Assembly: GCF_054482525.1 (NCBI RefSeq)
Contig: NZ_CM137006.1
Length of the DNA stretch: 64,000 bases
Reading direction: 5' to 3' (one strand)
Shown here: one piece after another, positions 12,514 through 22,697 of the stretch
Layout of the letters: every line of letters starts with the position of its first letter
Numbering within the stretch: position 1 is the stretch's first letter
Translations under genes and position numbers: made by a program
The notes under the pieces: generated by a model
The model's input: the letters and a program-made list of their open reading frames with translations, nothing else
Databases searched by the model: none
What the model was told of the DNA's origin: nothing

Positions 12514-13425
12514 ATGTATCAACGCTGTTTTGATAACGCCAGCGAAACGCTGTTTGTCGCCGGTAAAACGCCACGGCTTTCACGTTTTGCATTTAGCGAT
12601 GATCCAAAATGGGAGTCCGGACATCACGTTCATGACAATGAAACCGAGTTGATTTACGTCAAGAAAGGGGTAGCAAGGTTTACCATCGATTCTTCGTTAT
12701 ATGTCGCGCATGCCGATGACATTGTGGTGATAGAACGTGGCAGGCTGCATGCGGTGGCCTCTGACGTTAACGATCCAGCAACGACGTGTACCTGTGCGCT
12801 GTACGGCTTTCAGTTTCAGGGGGCTGAGGAAAATCAGCTACTGCAACCGCATTCTTGCCCGGTAATTGCCGCAGGGCAGGGAAAAGAAGTCATTAAAACC
12901 TTATTTAATGAGCTAAGTGTGATTTTGCCGCAAAGTAAAAATAGCCAAACATCTTCGTTATGGGACGCATTTGCCTATACGTTAGCAATTCTTTACTATG
13001 AAAACTTTAAAAATGCTTATCGTTCGGAGCAGGGGTATATTAAAAAAGATGTTCTGATAAAAGATATTCTTTTCTATCTGAATAATAATTATCGCGAAAA
13101 AATCACTTTAGAGCAGTTATCGAAAAAATTTCGTGCCAGCGTCAGTTATATTTGCCATGAATTTACCAAAGAGTATCGTATTTCCCCTATTAACTATGTT
13201 ATTCAACGGCGTATGACGGAAGCGAAATGGTCACTCACTAATACTGAATTATCACAGGCAGAGATCTCCTGGCGTGTGGGTTATGAAAATGTCGATCACT
13301 TTGCCAAACTGTTTTTGCGCCATGTCGGCTGTTCGCCCAGCGATTACCGCAGGCAATTTAAAAACTGTTTTGCGGAACAAGAAATCCTATCTGAATTTCC
13401 TCAACCAGTAAGTCTTGCCGGATAA
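12514..13425 (+). CDS. ydiP: AraC-family transcriptional regulator YdiP, 303 aa
   Basis: 303-aa ORF with C-terminal AraC-type HTH; divergent from ydiQ. Confidence 0.85.
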   Translation: MYQRCFDNASETLFVAGKTPRLSRFAFSDDPKWESGHHVHDNETELIYVKKGVARFTIDSSLYVAHADDIVVIERGRLHAVASDVNDPATTCTCALYGFQFQGAEENQLLQPHSCPVIAAGQGKEVIKTLFNELSVILPQSKNSQTSSLWDAFAYTLAILYYENFKNAYRSEQGYIKKDVLIKDILFYLNNNYREKITLEQLSKKFRASVSYICHEFTKEYRISPINYVIQRRMTEAKWSLTNTELSQAEISWRVGYENVDHFAKLFLRHVGCSPSDYRRQFKNCFAEQEILSEFPQPVSLAG

Positions 13426-13467
13426 ATCTGGCGGCGCAGTTTGTTAAGAAGCTGCGCCGCCTGCAGA

Positions 13468-14619
13468 TTATTTGTTCTGATAATCTTTCAGGATCTGCCG
13501 ACCTGCTACGTAAATCATAATTTCGTCTGTACCGCCGCCGATACGTTCACAACGGACATCACGCCAGAAGCGGGAGACGCGCGCCTCATCGGTATAGCCC
13601 AGACCGCCCATGATTTGAATCGCATCATCAATGACTTCCATTGCGGTACGTGCGCAGTACAGTTTTGCCAGCGCCGCGCTGGTGCGCAGTGACTGATGCT
13701 GATCGGCTTGCCATGCCACTTTCAACACCATGTTGCGCATGTTGTCGATCTTAATCGCCATCAGCGCCAGTTTTTCCTGGATCATCTGGTTATGACCAAT
13801 TGGTTTACCAAAAGCGATACGTTGGTTGGCATAGCGGGCGGCATCTTCGAATGCGCATTCGGCAAAGCCGGTGCTGCGCGCGGCGTTGATCAGGCGCTCC
13901 ATCTCAAAGTTGTACATCACATTGAGGAAACCCATTCCTTCTTCGCCCACTATGTCGCTCTCTTCAACTTCCACGTTGTCGAGATAGACTTCGCAGGTGC
14001 TGAGCATATGCCAGCCGATTTTATGCAGCGGGTTAATCTTAATGCCGGGCTTACTGGAGTCGACCCACCACAGGGTGAAGGCTTTTTTGGGATCTTTCGG
14101 TTGCGGATCGCGCGCCAGCACCAGCATATACGGGTACTCTTTCGCACCGGTAATAAAGGTTTTCTGTCCATTGATGTAAACCTTGCCGTTTTTACGCGTG
14201 TAAGTGGTGGTAGCGCTGTTGTTATCTGAGCCAGCACCTGGTTCCGTCAACGCCAGGGCATAGGCGGGGTCGCCGGTTTCCAGGGTGCTTTCTGCCGTTT
14301 TACGTAGCTGCTCTGCAGAACCGAAACGGCGCATACTGTGAATACATTGACCGTTGGTGATCAAAAATGCCGGAGCACCGCATTTTGACACTTCCATCAG
14401 CGCCAGCATTTGGGTGACATAATCCGCAGGGATACCACCAAATTCTTCCGGCACGCCAAGCATGGAAATACCGTTATCCGCCAGTGCCCGCATAAACTCA
14501 CGCGGATATGTCCCGTTTTGATCGCAGGTGCGGAAATACTCTTCCGGAAAGTTAGTCGTAATCAGTTCGCGAATACTGGCCAGCAGCAGTTCTTGTTCTT
14601 CAGTTAAAGAAAAATCCAT
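13468..14619 (-). CDS. ydiO: Acyl-CoA dehydrogenase family protein YdiO, 383 aa
   Basis: Internal start MDFSLTEEQELL gives 383 aa; acyl-CoA dehydrogenase sequence. Confidence 0.88.
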   Translation of the reverse strand: MDFSLTEEQELLLASIRELITTNFPEEYFRTCDQNGTYPREFMRALADNGISMLGVPEEFGGIPADYVTQMLALMEVSKCGAPAFLITNGQCIHSMRRFGSAEQLRKTAESTLETGDPAYALALTEPGAGSDNNSATTTYTRKNGKVYINGQKTFITGAKEYPYMLVLARDPQPKDPKKAFTLWWVDSSKPGIKINPLHKIGWHMLSTCEVYLDNVEVEESDIVGEEGMGFLNVMYNFEMERLINAARSTGFAECAFEDAARYANQRIAFGKPIGHNQMIQEKLALMAIKIDNMRNMVLKVAWQADQHQSLRTSAALAKLYCARTAMEVIDDAIQIMGGLGYTDEARVSRFWRDVRCERIGGGTDEIMIYVAGRQILKDYQNK

Positions 14620-14632
14620 CATTATACTCCTG

Positions 14633-16228
14633 TTAATTAGCCGCTTCAGGCAGGACAAAACCCATCGCCGCATCGATAAATAATCTTTCGTCCATCAGTT
14701 TGAGTTCTGGCGAAATCACTGGGGTGAAATCCATTTTGTCGAGAATATCTTTTTGTAAATCGACGCCAGGAGCGATTTCGATTAAATGCAGGCCGTCTTC
14801 TTTTAGCGTGAATACGGCGCGCTCAGTGATATAACGAACATCCAGTCCTCGCTCGAGAGCGATTTTTCCGCTGAAAGTAATTTCTGGTAGTTCCCGAATA
14901 AATTTCTTCACCCGTCCTTCCTGGACGATATTTAATTTGCCGTCGGCAATTTCTGTTTTTAAACTGCCCGCAGTTAATGTGCCGCAGAAAACGATTTTCT
15001 TCGAAGTGGCACTGATATCAATAAATCCACCGGTGCCCATGATTTTACCATTGAATTTATGCACGCCGACGTTACCGTGCTGGTCGACTTCAGCAAAACT
15101 CAAATAACAAACATCCAGACCGCCACCGTGATAAAAATCAAACTGGGACGTCATATCCAGAATGGCACGGGTATTCACGTTCGCGCCAAAGGCGATCCCC
15201 TGTGAAGTAATACCGCCAATTGGGCCTGTTTCTACCGTCAGAATAAAGTCATCAGCACAACCTTCTTCCCGGGCGACCAGGCCAATGCCGTCAGCAATAC
15301 CGACGCCGACATTCCCCACTGCGCCTTTGCGCATTTCGAATAATGCACGCCGTGCAACTAATTTACGTTGGTTTAGGGGCAGGCTAAGTTTGGTGCTGTC
15401 ATCAAGGGTGAAGTCACCAGAAATAAAGCGGTTAACCGGTGCACCGCCATACAGTTGGGTTTGATCCGGATCGACTACCACAATATCCACCAGATAACCC
15501 GGAATACGGACAGATTTAGGATGCAGCGTGGCTTTCTTAACCATCTTCTGCACCTGCATCATCACAATACCGCCGTTATTGTGCACCGCCTGAGCAATAA
15601 CCAATGCGTCGAGATACATCACCTCATCTTCAAAAGTGGCGTAGCCTTCACTGTCGCAGGTGGTAGCGCGAATGAAGGCAATATCTGGCGCTATCGCTTT
15701 GTAATAGAGATATTCTTTGTTTTCAAACTCGACCAGTTTAATCAGGTCTTCTTTAGTGACTTCATTCAGTTTGCCGCCTTGCTGGCGTGGATCGACAAAT
15801 GTTCCGATACCAATATCACTAATAATACCAGGCTGGTGGGCTGCGGCGGCGCGTAAGGTTTGTGTAAGTACACCTTGTGGATAGTTATAAGCAATAATTT
15901 TATTTTGTTCTGCGAGATCAGAAATACGCGGCGATTGTCCCCAGTGCCCGCATAATGCCCATTTCACCAGACCTTCTTGCGCCAGCGGACTAATACCGCG
16001 GTCGGCGCGATCGCCAAGCCCTGTTGGACTAATAATCGATAAATTACGTGGCGTTTGAGTCTGTTTATATTTATCAGCAAGAGCAGTAATTAACGTGGTG
16101 GCTTCCAGAATACCGCCGCCAGCGCCTAACACACAAAGTGTTGCTTCGTCGGGAATATAATTCACCGCTTCCTGTGCCGACAGGACCGGCACTCGTCCAT
16201 TAATACGAGGTGGTTTTACAGGTTTCAT
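14633..16228 (-). CDS. ydiF: Acetate/short-chain acyl-CoA transferase YdiF, 531 aa
   Basis: 531-aa ORF; CoA-transferase family sequence. Confidence 0.9.
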   Translation of the reverse strand: MKPVKPPRINGRVPVLSAQEAVNYIPDEATLCVLGAGGGILEATTLITALADKYKQTQTPRNLSIISPTGLGDRADRGISPLAQEGLVKWALCGHWGQSPRISDLAEQNKIIAYNYPQGVLTQTLRAAAAHQPGIISDIGIGTFVDPRQQGGKLNEVTKEDLIKLVEFENKEYLYYKAIAPDIAFIRATTCDSEGYATFEDEVMYLDALVIAQAVHNNGGIVMMQVQKMVKKATLHPKSVRIPGYLVDIVVVDPDQTQLYGGAPVNRFISGDFTLDDSTKLSLPLNQRKLVARRALFEMRKGAVGNVGVGIADGIGLVAREEGCADDFILTVETGPIGGITSQGIAFGANVNTRAILDMTSQFDFYHGGGLDVCYLSFAEVDQHGNVGVHKFNGKIMGTGGFIDISATSKKIVFCGTLTAGSLKTEIADGKLNIVQEGRVKKFIRELPEITFSGKIALERGLDVRYITERAVFTLKEDGLHLIEIAPGVDLQKDILDKMDFTPVISPELKLMDERLFIDAAMGFVLPEAAN

Positions 16229-16370
16229 TGTTAATTCCTGATTCAGGTGTGATTTTCCCTACGCCTGATGGAGAATTAGCGCACAGAGACTCACGAAATA
16301 TTTTTATTAAATACGGTTGAATATATTTTTTAGTTCGGCGGGGAGGGTGTTCCCGCCGAAATATTATTGC

Positions 16371-17129
16371 TTATGCCTGGTGTAAAATAGTTAATACCGT
16401 GCGCAAATCATTTACCGAGATTTGCCCTGGCGCAGACGCTTTTTTTACCGCACCAAAAGTTGCCGCCGACCCAAATACTTCACCAGCCAGACGAGAAATT
16501 ACGCCAGTTTTTGCCATCGACATCGTGATAATTGGACGATCGGCATACTGCTCCTGCATCTCCAGGGTCGCGGCAAGCAACGTCAGCACATCGCTGGTAC
16601 TTTGCGGCATCAGCGCAATCTTAGGAATATCGGCGTCGAAGGACTGCATTTTGCGCAGACGGGCAATGATTTCTTCGGCTTCCGGCGTTTTATGGAAGTC
16701 ATGGTTGGACATGACAACTTTCACATCATGCGCGTGGGCGTAGGCGACGGTTTCTTTAACCTGATCATCACCGGTAAATAACTCCAGATCGATCATATCA
16801 ACCAGGCCGCTGTCGATGGCTGCACGATTGAGTGCAATATAAGCCTCGGTGGAAATCGCCTGCTCGCCGCCTTCTTTGGCACTGCGGAAGGTAAACAGCA
16901 GCGGTTTTTCTGGCATGGTCTCACGGAGAATTTTTGCCGCCGCCATGACAGACTCCACATTGGAGAGGTCGGCATAGTGGTCCACACGCCATTCCAGAAT
17001 ATCAAAGTCCGCTTCACGATAGGCGAGAGCTTCGGATTTCACGCTGGCGATATCTTTCGCCATCAGCGAGACGATGATTTTAGGTGCGCCCGTACCAATG
17101 ACGAGATCTTTTACAGTTACGGTTTTCAT
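16371..17129 (-). CDS. aroD: 3-dehydroquinate dehydratase type I AroD, 252 aa
   Basis: 252-aa [30 protein letters not shown]. Confidence 0.93.
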   Translation of the reverse strand: MKTVTVKDLVIGTGAPKIIVSLMAKDIASVKSEALAYREADFDILEWRVDHYADLSNVESVMAAAKILRETMPEKPLLFTFRSAKEGGEQAISTEAYIALNRAAIDSGLVDMIDLELFTGDDQVKETVAYAHAHDVKVVMSNHDFHKTPEAEEIIARLRKMQSFDADIPKIALMPQSTSDVLTLLAATLEMQEQYADRPIITMSMAKTGVISRLAGEVFGSAATFGAVKKASAPGQISVNDLRTVLTILHQA

Positions 17130-17159
17130 TTTTTACCCTTTCTGCACGCGGTCAGCCTG

Positions 17160-18026
17160 TCAGGCACCGAACCCCATGACCTGTTTAACATATTCCAGAG
17201 GGAAATCTTTGCCAGTCCATAACGTGAACTGTTCAGCCCCTTGCCACAACAACATGCCGTATCCATCAATTGTTTTGCAACCAGCTTGTTGCGCCTGCTG
17301 CAATAACTTCGTCATATGCGGGTTATACACGCATTCAGTGACCAGAAGTCCCGGATGTAACAGACTGATATCATTAACCAATGATTCATTCTCAAGGGGT
17401 TTCATACCCACTTTTGTGCCATTGGTTAAAATGTCGGCGGAAGCCAGGGCTTCAGCAAAGGCTTGCTGATCGGCGAGATCGGTAACCGTGACGACACAAT
17501 CGGTGTTTTCATTAACCCGCTGCGCGAAGGCGAGGGCTTTATCGAAGAACTCATCCCGACGGTTAAAGAGTTTAATTTCTTTTAAACCTTCAATTGCCCC
17601 CTGCGCGCCAATTGCCGTTGAGGCACCTCCGGCCCCTAACAGCACCATCGTTTTGCCTTTGATATCAAAACCGCTCTCTTTAATGGCGCGAATATGCCCC
17701 GTGCCGTCGGTGTTATAGCCACGCAGATAGCCATCATCATTAACGATGGTGTTGATGGCCCCCACCAGTTTGGCAGCTGGCGTTAATTCATCTACATATT
17801 CACACGCCAGTTGTTTGTTGGGCATCGATACACCAGTTCCGCGCATTTTGAGGGCTTTTAATCCTTCAATTGCTCCGGGAAAGCTATCGTTATCCACTTC
17901 GAAGGCCATATAGGTAAATGGCAATCCTGCTTTTTCTAAGGCTTTATTCTGCATTTCGGGCGATAAACTGTGGCGGATGGGATAGGCCATCAGCCCAATC
18001 AATTCGTATTTTGCGGTAACATCCAT
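17160..18026 (-). CDS. ydiB: Quinate/shikimate dehydrogenase YdiB, 288 aa
   Basis: 288-aa [30 protein letters not shown]; adjacent to aroD. Confidence 0.92.
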
Positions 18027-18037
18027 AATTAACTCCT

Positions 18038-19309
18038 TTAACCTCTATGCTTAATTGTGTTTAACCGGGTGCTAAATTTACGCTCGCCAAACCGCACATC
18101 ATTTTCAGGAATAATGAAAACGCGGTAATAGCGGATAAAGACAATAATTGCGGTAATCAGGGCCAGCAGCGCGAAAGTAAAATCGAGAACAATGATATAT
18201 TGCAGGCCGATGTTCGACAGATAACCGGTAATCAGCGGAATAACAAAGTTAGCCAGTCCACCCATCATCATATAAATACTGGTGACTTTGGCTTTGCTTT
18301 TTGGAAAAAACTCTGACATGACCGAAACGCCGAGCTGTAAAATGCCGCCAGCCGCTGAGAAACCGATAACAAAGGCTCCGGCATTGCACACCAGTGGAGA
18401 AGGGTACAGGTAGATAATGGCAGCTGTTATTGTTGCCAGTGCAGAGTTAAATACATTAGCCCAGATGGGCCGGATCATTTTTTTTAGTAGTGCGGCAAAA
18501 ATAAAGACACAGACTAATGAGCCCATACTGTAATAAGAGATGGTTTTTAATGCTTCAGCTTCTGACATACCAGCAAAAGCCATCGCATATTTGGGCATCC
18601 ACACCACAATCACATAAAAGGTCGAGAATGCGGCTACGCCGAACATTACCGATGAAACACCTTCCAGCCAGACTAATGGTTTGCTGTTCATTTGTGGTAA
18701 TTCATGAGCTACGCTGGCGTCCACCAACTGGCTGGGGAATTTGCTTTTCAACAGCATCAGCGTGATCAGTAAAAATAGGATGCCTGGAATAATCAGCCCA
18801 TAGCCGTACCAGATGTTATTGAGCAACATATAGCTCACCAGCATTGGGTAGAACATTTGTCCGAATGACACCATCGCTTTAACCAGTATGACCGCCGAAC
18901 CAGAGGCTTTCGGAAAGCATTCCATGAGCGCAGGGTAGCCACCCGTATCCAGCGCTGAGTTAGCGATACCTACGCACACTGCCAGACAGTAGGCGAGAGT
19001 TAAATTCGGGCAAGCGGGAATACCAAAGAAGAATAGCAGGTACATTATTACTGCCATTAATATCACCGCCCGACGACCAAACTTATCGGAGATCACACCG
19101 AAGAATAAAATACTGATCAATCGCCCCAAACCGATACCGGAAATTAAATAGGCAATGCCCGCGTTGTCAGTGGAAAACTTTTCTGCCAGAGATGACATAT
19201 TTTGGGCAAGCGTAATAACACTAATGCCGTGCAGGAAATAGCTGAAGTAAATACAAAGAACAGCCAGGATAAATGGCGTGCTGAAAGCCTTATTTTGAGA
19301 CATTTTCAC
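18038..19309 (-). CDS. ydiN: MFS transporter YdiN
   Basis: 423-aa hydrophobic multi-TM ORF; synteny. Confidence 0.85.
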
Positions 19310-19529
19310 AGCTCCTTGCTGAAAGATAATTTCGTTACCGTACGTATTGTTCTCCGACGGTTTACATAATTACTATACTGAAGATGATTTTCCCTGGGTA
19401 CATGGCATAAAGTTTATGTTTCCAGGAATATTGCATGTCATAGTTTGTTTTTGATCGCGATTTTCCTTAGTTAGCGCAGAAAGAGTTATTTATCCGTAAG
19501 ATCTTGCATGACCTGAAAAGAATATTGCA

Positions 19530-20744
19530 TTACCCACCCGGAGCGGCATTTTCCTTTAGCGAGTGATGCCACGTTTCTTTGCGGCTGCGTAAGCCGATAA
19601 ACAGTGCCAGTAAAAAGCCGATGGCAGCGATGGCGGTATCGAACCACATAATATCGGCAATACTTCTTTGGGACAGATGAGCCGTAATCAACGGAATAGT
19701 AAAGGTCGCAATACTGCCCGCACTGTAATAGATCCCTGTAGCTTTACCTTTAGCGTAGGGGAAACGTTCAGCCATTAATGTCAGGCCAATTTGCACAACA
19801 CCTCCAGCAGAGGTAAAACCAATGACAAAAGCAAATATTATCACCACATAAAATGTGGGATGCAGACAGACGGTAAACAGAGCAATAAATGAGATAAAGG
19901 TGTACAGCATCAGTAATGTTGTTGGGCGAACGGTATTACGAATGAGTGGAGCGGTGATAAATACACAAAGCAGCGAACCCACGGTGTAGATACTGAGTAG
20001 TTTGATCGACATAGTGTATGACATGCCTGCAACAAATTGTCCGTACTGTGCCAGCCACTGGCTAACCAGATAAAAGGTTGCCATTGAGATATAGCCATAT
20101 AAGGTATAACTGGCTAAATCGATTATTGAGCAGCGATGTTCCGTAGAGCTGGTGGTTTTCTCTATGACAGGTAAGCGACGACCCGGATGGGGTGGGAACG
20201 TACAACGGTATAAAAACAGAGCGTTAATAAACATAATGCCTGCGGCAATCATAAAGGACCAGCCGAACCACAGTTCAGCCCACACTAACAGGCTGATGAT
20301 TAGCGGTAATAAAAATTGCCCGCTGGAAACAAATGCTTTAATTAAAATATTGGCTGTACCCGGTGAGCGTGGAAAAGCTTCCATCAAACTGGGATAGGTG
20401 CCTGCATCGAGAAAACTGTTTGCCATTCCCGCCAGAAAGCCCAAACCATAAGCGATAATGATGTTATTGGTGTGCAGGATGCCAAAAAAGAAGGCCATAT
20501 AGCAGCACATCCCGAGCATGATAAAAGGGCGGCGACCAAAGCGATCGGATAATAATCCTGCAAAAAGCAAGACACTTAATCGACCAATACCCAGCGATGA
20601 GATAACTATTGAGACGCCTGCGGCATTAGTCTGCCAAAGCGTCTCCAGCGAGGCCATATTCAGGCTCATCAAAATGACGCCCATACCATGCACCAGGTAA
20701 TTAAAATACAACCCAAGTGCGGTAGGGAAATAGGGATTTTTCAT
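19530..20744 (-). CDS. ydiM: MFS transporter YdiM, 404 aa
   Basis: 404-aa hydrophobic multi-TM ORF; synteny. Confidence 0.85.
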   Translation of the reverse strand: MKNPYFPTALGLYFNYLVHGMGVILMSLNMASLETLWQTNAAGVSIVISSLGIGRLSVLLFAGLLSDRFGRRPFIMLGMCCYMAFFFGILHTNNIIIAYGLGFLAGMANSFLDAGTYPSLMEAFPRSPGTANILIKAFVSSGQFLLPLIISLLVWAELWFGWSFMIAAGIMFINALFLYRCTFPPHPGRRLPVIEKTTSSTEHRCSIIDLASYTLYGYISMATFYLVSQWLAQYGQFVAGMSYTMSIKLLSIYTVGSLLCVFITAPLIRNTVRPTTLLMLYTFISFIALFTVCLHPTFYVVIIFAFVIGFTSAGGVVQIGLTLMAERFPYAKGKATGIYYSAGSIATFTIPLITAHLSQRSIADIMWFDTAIAAIGFLLALFIGLRSRKETWHHSLKENAAPGG

Positions 20745-20843
20745 AGGTTCTACTTAGCAAAGGTGCTTTAAAAAGTGAAGCGATGTTGTATCAGCATCCG
20801 TTCATTATTGTTGTAACAACGACAATTCCTTTCTGTGGGAAAA

Positions 20844-21200
20844 TTAACAAAGGCGCTCCAGATCGTGTGCATATAATTCAGCGGCTACCGATTGATAGAT
20901 CTTCCAGTCAATAAAATTGCCATCAGGGTAGACACGTTGAAACGCGGTTAAGTCGGGGAAAAAACGCATGGTGTTGTTGCCGATGCGGTTATTTATTTTC
21001 TCTATGATGGCATGAAGATGTTTTTTTCGTTGCTGTCGCATAGCCAACAGTTGCTCGACCACACGATCAGGAATGGCGCATTTGCCATTTTCCCACTGAC
21101 GCCAGCTTTCATTGTCACCGGTCTGGGCAATCCAGGTCGCGCATTCATCAATAGTCATAGCAAAAATATGGCGAAGAGCCTGGAGTTCATAAGCGTTCAT
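20844..21200 (-). CDS. ydiL: Uncharacterised protein YdiL, 118 aa
   Basis: Internal start MNAYELQALRHIF gives 118 aa; this is the gene next to rprA in K-12. Confidence 0.8.
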   Translation of the reverse strand: MNAYELQALRHIFAMTIDECATWIAQTGDNESWRQWENGKCAIPDRVVEQLLAMRQQRKKHLHAIIEKINNRIGNNTMRFFPDLTAFQRVYPDGNFIDWKIYQSVAAELYAHDLERLC

Positions 21201-21337
21201 CGTGTAATGGCTGCATGAAATAAACAATAAAATATAAATAACATTATCAGCCTGCCGACGGCTTGAAGAGAGTCACAGTATCTTGTGCAACATTATTGGA
21301 AAGCGTGAGGGGCGAGGTAGCGAAGCGGAAAAATGTT

Positions 21338-21407
21338 AAAAAAAAGCCCATCGTGGGAGATGGGCAAAGACTACACACAGCAATTCGTTGTTTCACTCAG
21401 GGGATTT
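21338..21407. repeat. Left attachment-site direct repeat (duplicate of the rprA 3' end and terminator, 70 bp)
   Basis: Identical to 32979-33048: aaaaaaaagcccatcgtgggagatgggcaaagactacacacagcaattcgttgtttcactcaggggattt. Confidence 0.9.
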
Positions 21408-21424
21408 AAGTCATTGATTGATTT

Positions 21425-22054
21425 ATGGGTATGCGGTTTTTCGGCATAAACCAAATTAAGCAAGGCTTGAAAATGGACACACAAATTGCACACATATCGC
21501 ACACAAATAAAAAGGGGTATGTATGGCGCAAGCGTTATGAAAAACGCACGATTGAAATCATCCTACGCACCCGTGATAAATCAATTGCCATAAAAAGAGC
21601 GGCATCAATAACAATTCGCTATATGGAATTAAAATCACTTGACGTTCCATTTAAAGCAATGCTGGAAATGTTAAAAAAGTTTCGTGATGGTCTGATTACG
21701 TCACATGACATTGAGCGCTTAAGGTCGATTGCGATAGCTTCACAGGAAGCTCCACACGCCGCTGTAACCGCTTCGCCTATACAAAGTGTTGGCTATGATG
21801 TCAAAACCGCTCAGAAAGCCGCACAGGGGCATTCCCTTGGCGATGCTCAAAAAGTGTACTTTGGCGCCAACACCGAATGGAAAGAAAAAACCATCAAGGC
21901 TTATTCTGGTTGTATCGACCGCTTTATTTTATGGTGCGCTAATAAAAATATTCATACCGTGGAAGAAATAACGAAAGAGCATGTGATTTCATTTAAATCC
22001 AGCATGGATGAAGAAAAATTAGCCTCCATGACTAAATTTCGCATAATAATATGA
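21425..22054 (+). pseudogene. Tyrosine-integrase-like N-terminal fragment (core-binding/SAM-like region only, catalytic domain missing)
   Basis: 209-aa ORF; the segment KTIKAYSGCIDRFILWCANKNIHTVEEITKEHVISF resembles an integrase core-binding domain; no R..HxxR..Y catalytic region follows; sits next to the att repeat. Confidence 0.4.
21477..21509. repeat. Three tandem ~11-bp repeats (acacacaaatt / gcacacatatc / gcacacaaata), candidate integrase arm-type sites, left end
   Basis: Direct tandem repeats ~70 bp inside the left att repeat; a matching triplet lies ~70 bp inside the right repeat. Confidence 0.5.
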
Positions 22055-22362
22055 TTCGGGTTAGCATAACCAATACTTTTATTAAAGCCTATGTATGCAC
22101 CAATTTCTTTATACTTTAACTTAGTGAAATCTGAAATAATACTCAGTGGCTGCAATACGTTATGTCCATTGTGCGCCCCTTCATTAGCGCAAAATCCTGT
22201 ATTTGCAAACTGACCTTTATCACGCCAGATGAATCTATCAACGCCGCCACATACAGGACATGGTGTATGTTCATTTGGTTTAATATCAATTCCAAAATCA
22301 TTCATATGCACCAATGGATTCTTTTTAATATAATTATTCAAATCAGTAAAGAAATTAGCCAT
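21952..22362 (-). pseudogene. DNA primase zinc-ribbon domain fragment (Toprim and downstream domains absent)
   Basis: Motif HTPCPVCGGVDRFIWRD typical of primase Zn-ribbons; ORF stops soon after; its 3' end overlaps the convergent integrase fragment. Confidence 0.45.
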
Positions 22363-22681
22363 TATATTTGCTCCCGTATCGCCTTGCTGGATGCTTTGCA
22401 AAGAAATCAACGATATCTTGTTTGCGATACCAGATATAACCGTCTAATTCATGATGAATTTCTTGCGGAAATTCTTTAGGGTTAAAGCGTTTGGCGGCAT
22501 AAAACATTGGTTTAGTAACACCAGATAAAGCAATTGCATCATTGCCACACACAAGCCCTGTAAGTTGCACTTTCTGCGATTGTTCTTTTATCTGTGCCGC
22601 GATTAGCCTTTTATTCTCATTAACGTATTTTTCAATCTGTAGCTTACGCATTTTTTCGCGCATGTAATTTATATCGGTCAT
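22355..22681 (-). CDS. AlpA/Xis-like small DNA-binding protein, 108 aa
   Basis: C-terminal region FYAAKRFNPKEFPQE...YIWYRKQDIVDFF resembles the AlpA-family FPK...W..R..DI..W pattern. Confidence 0.45.
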   Translation of the reverse strand: MTDINYMREKMRKLQIEKYVNENKRLIAAQIKEQSQKVQLTGLVCGNDAIALSGVTKPMFYAAKRFNPKEFPQEIHHELDGYIWYRKQDIVDFFAKHPARRYGSKYNG

Positions 22682-22697
22682 TTTAGTATCCTATATA

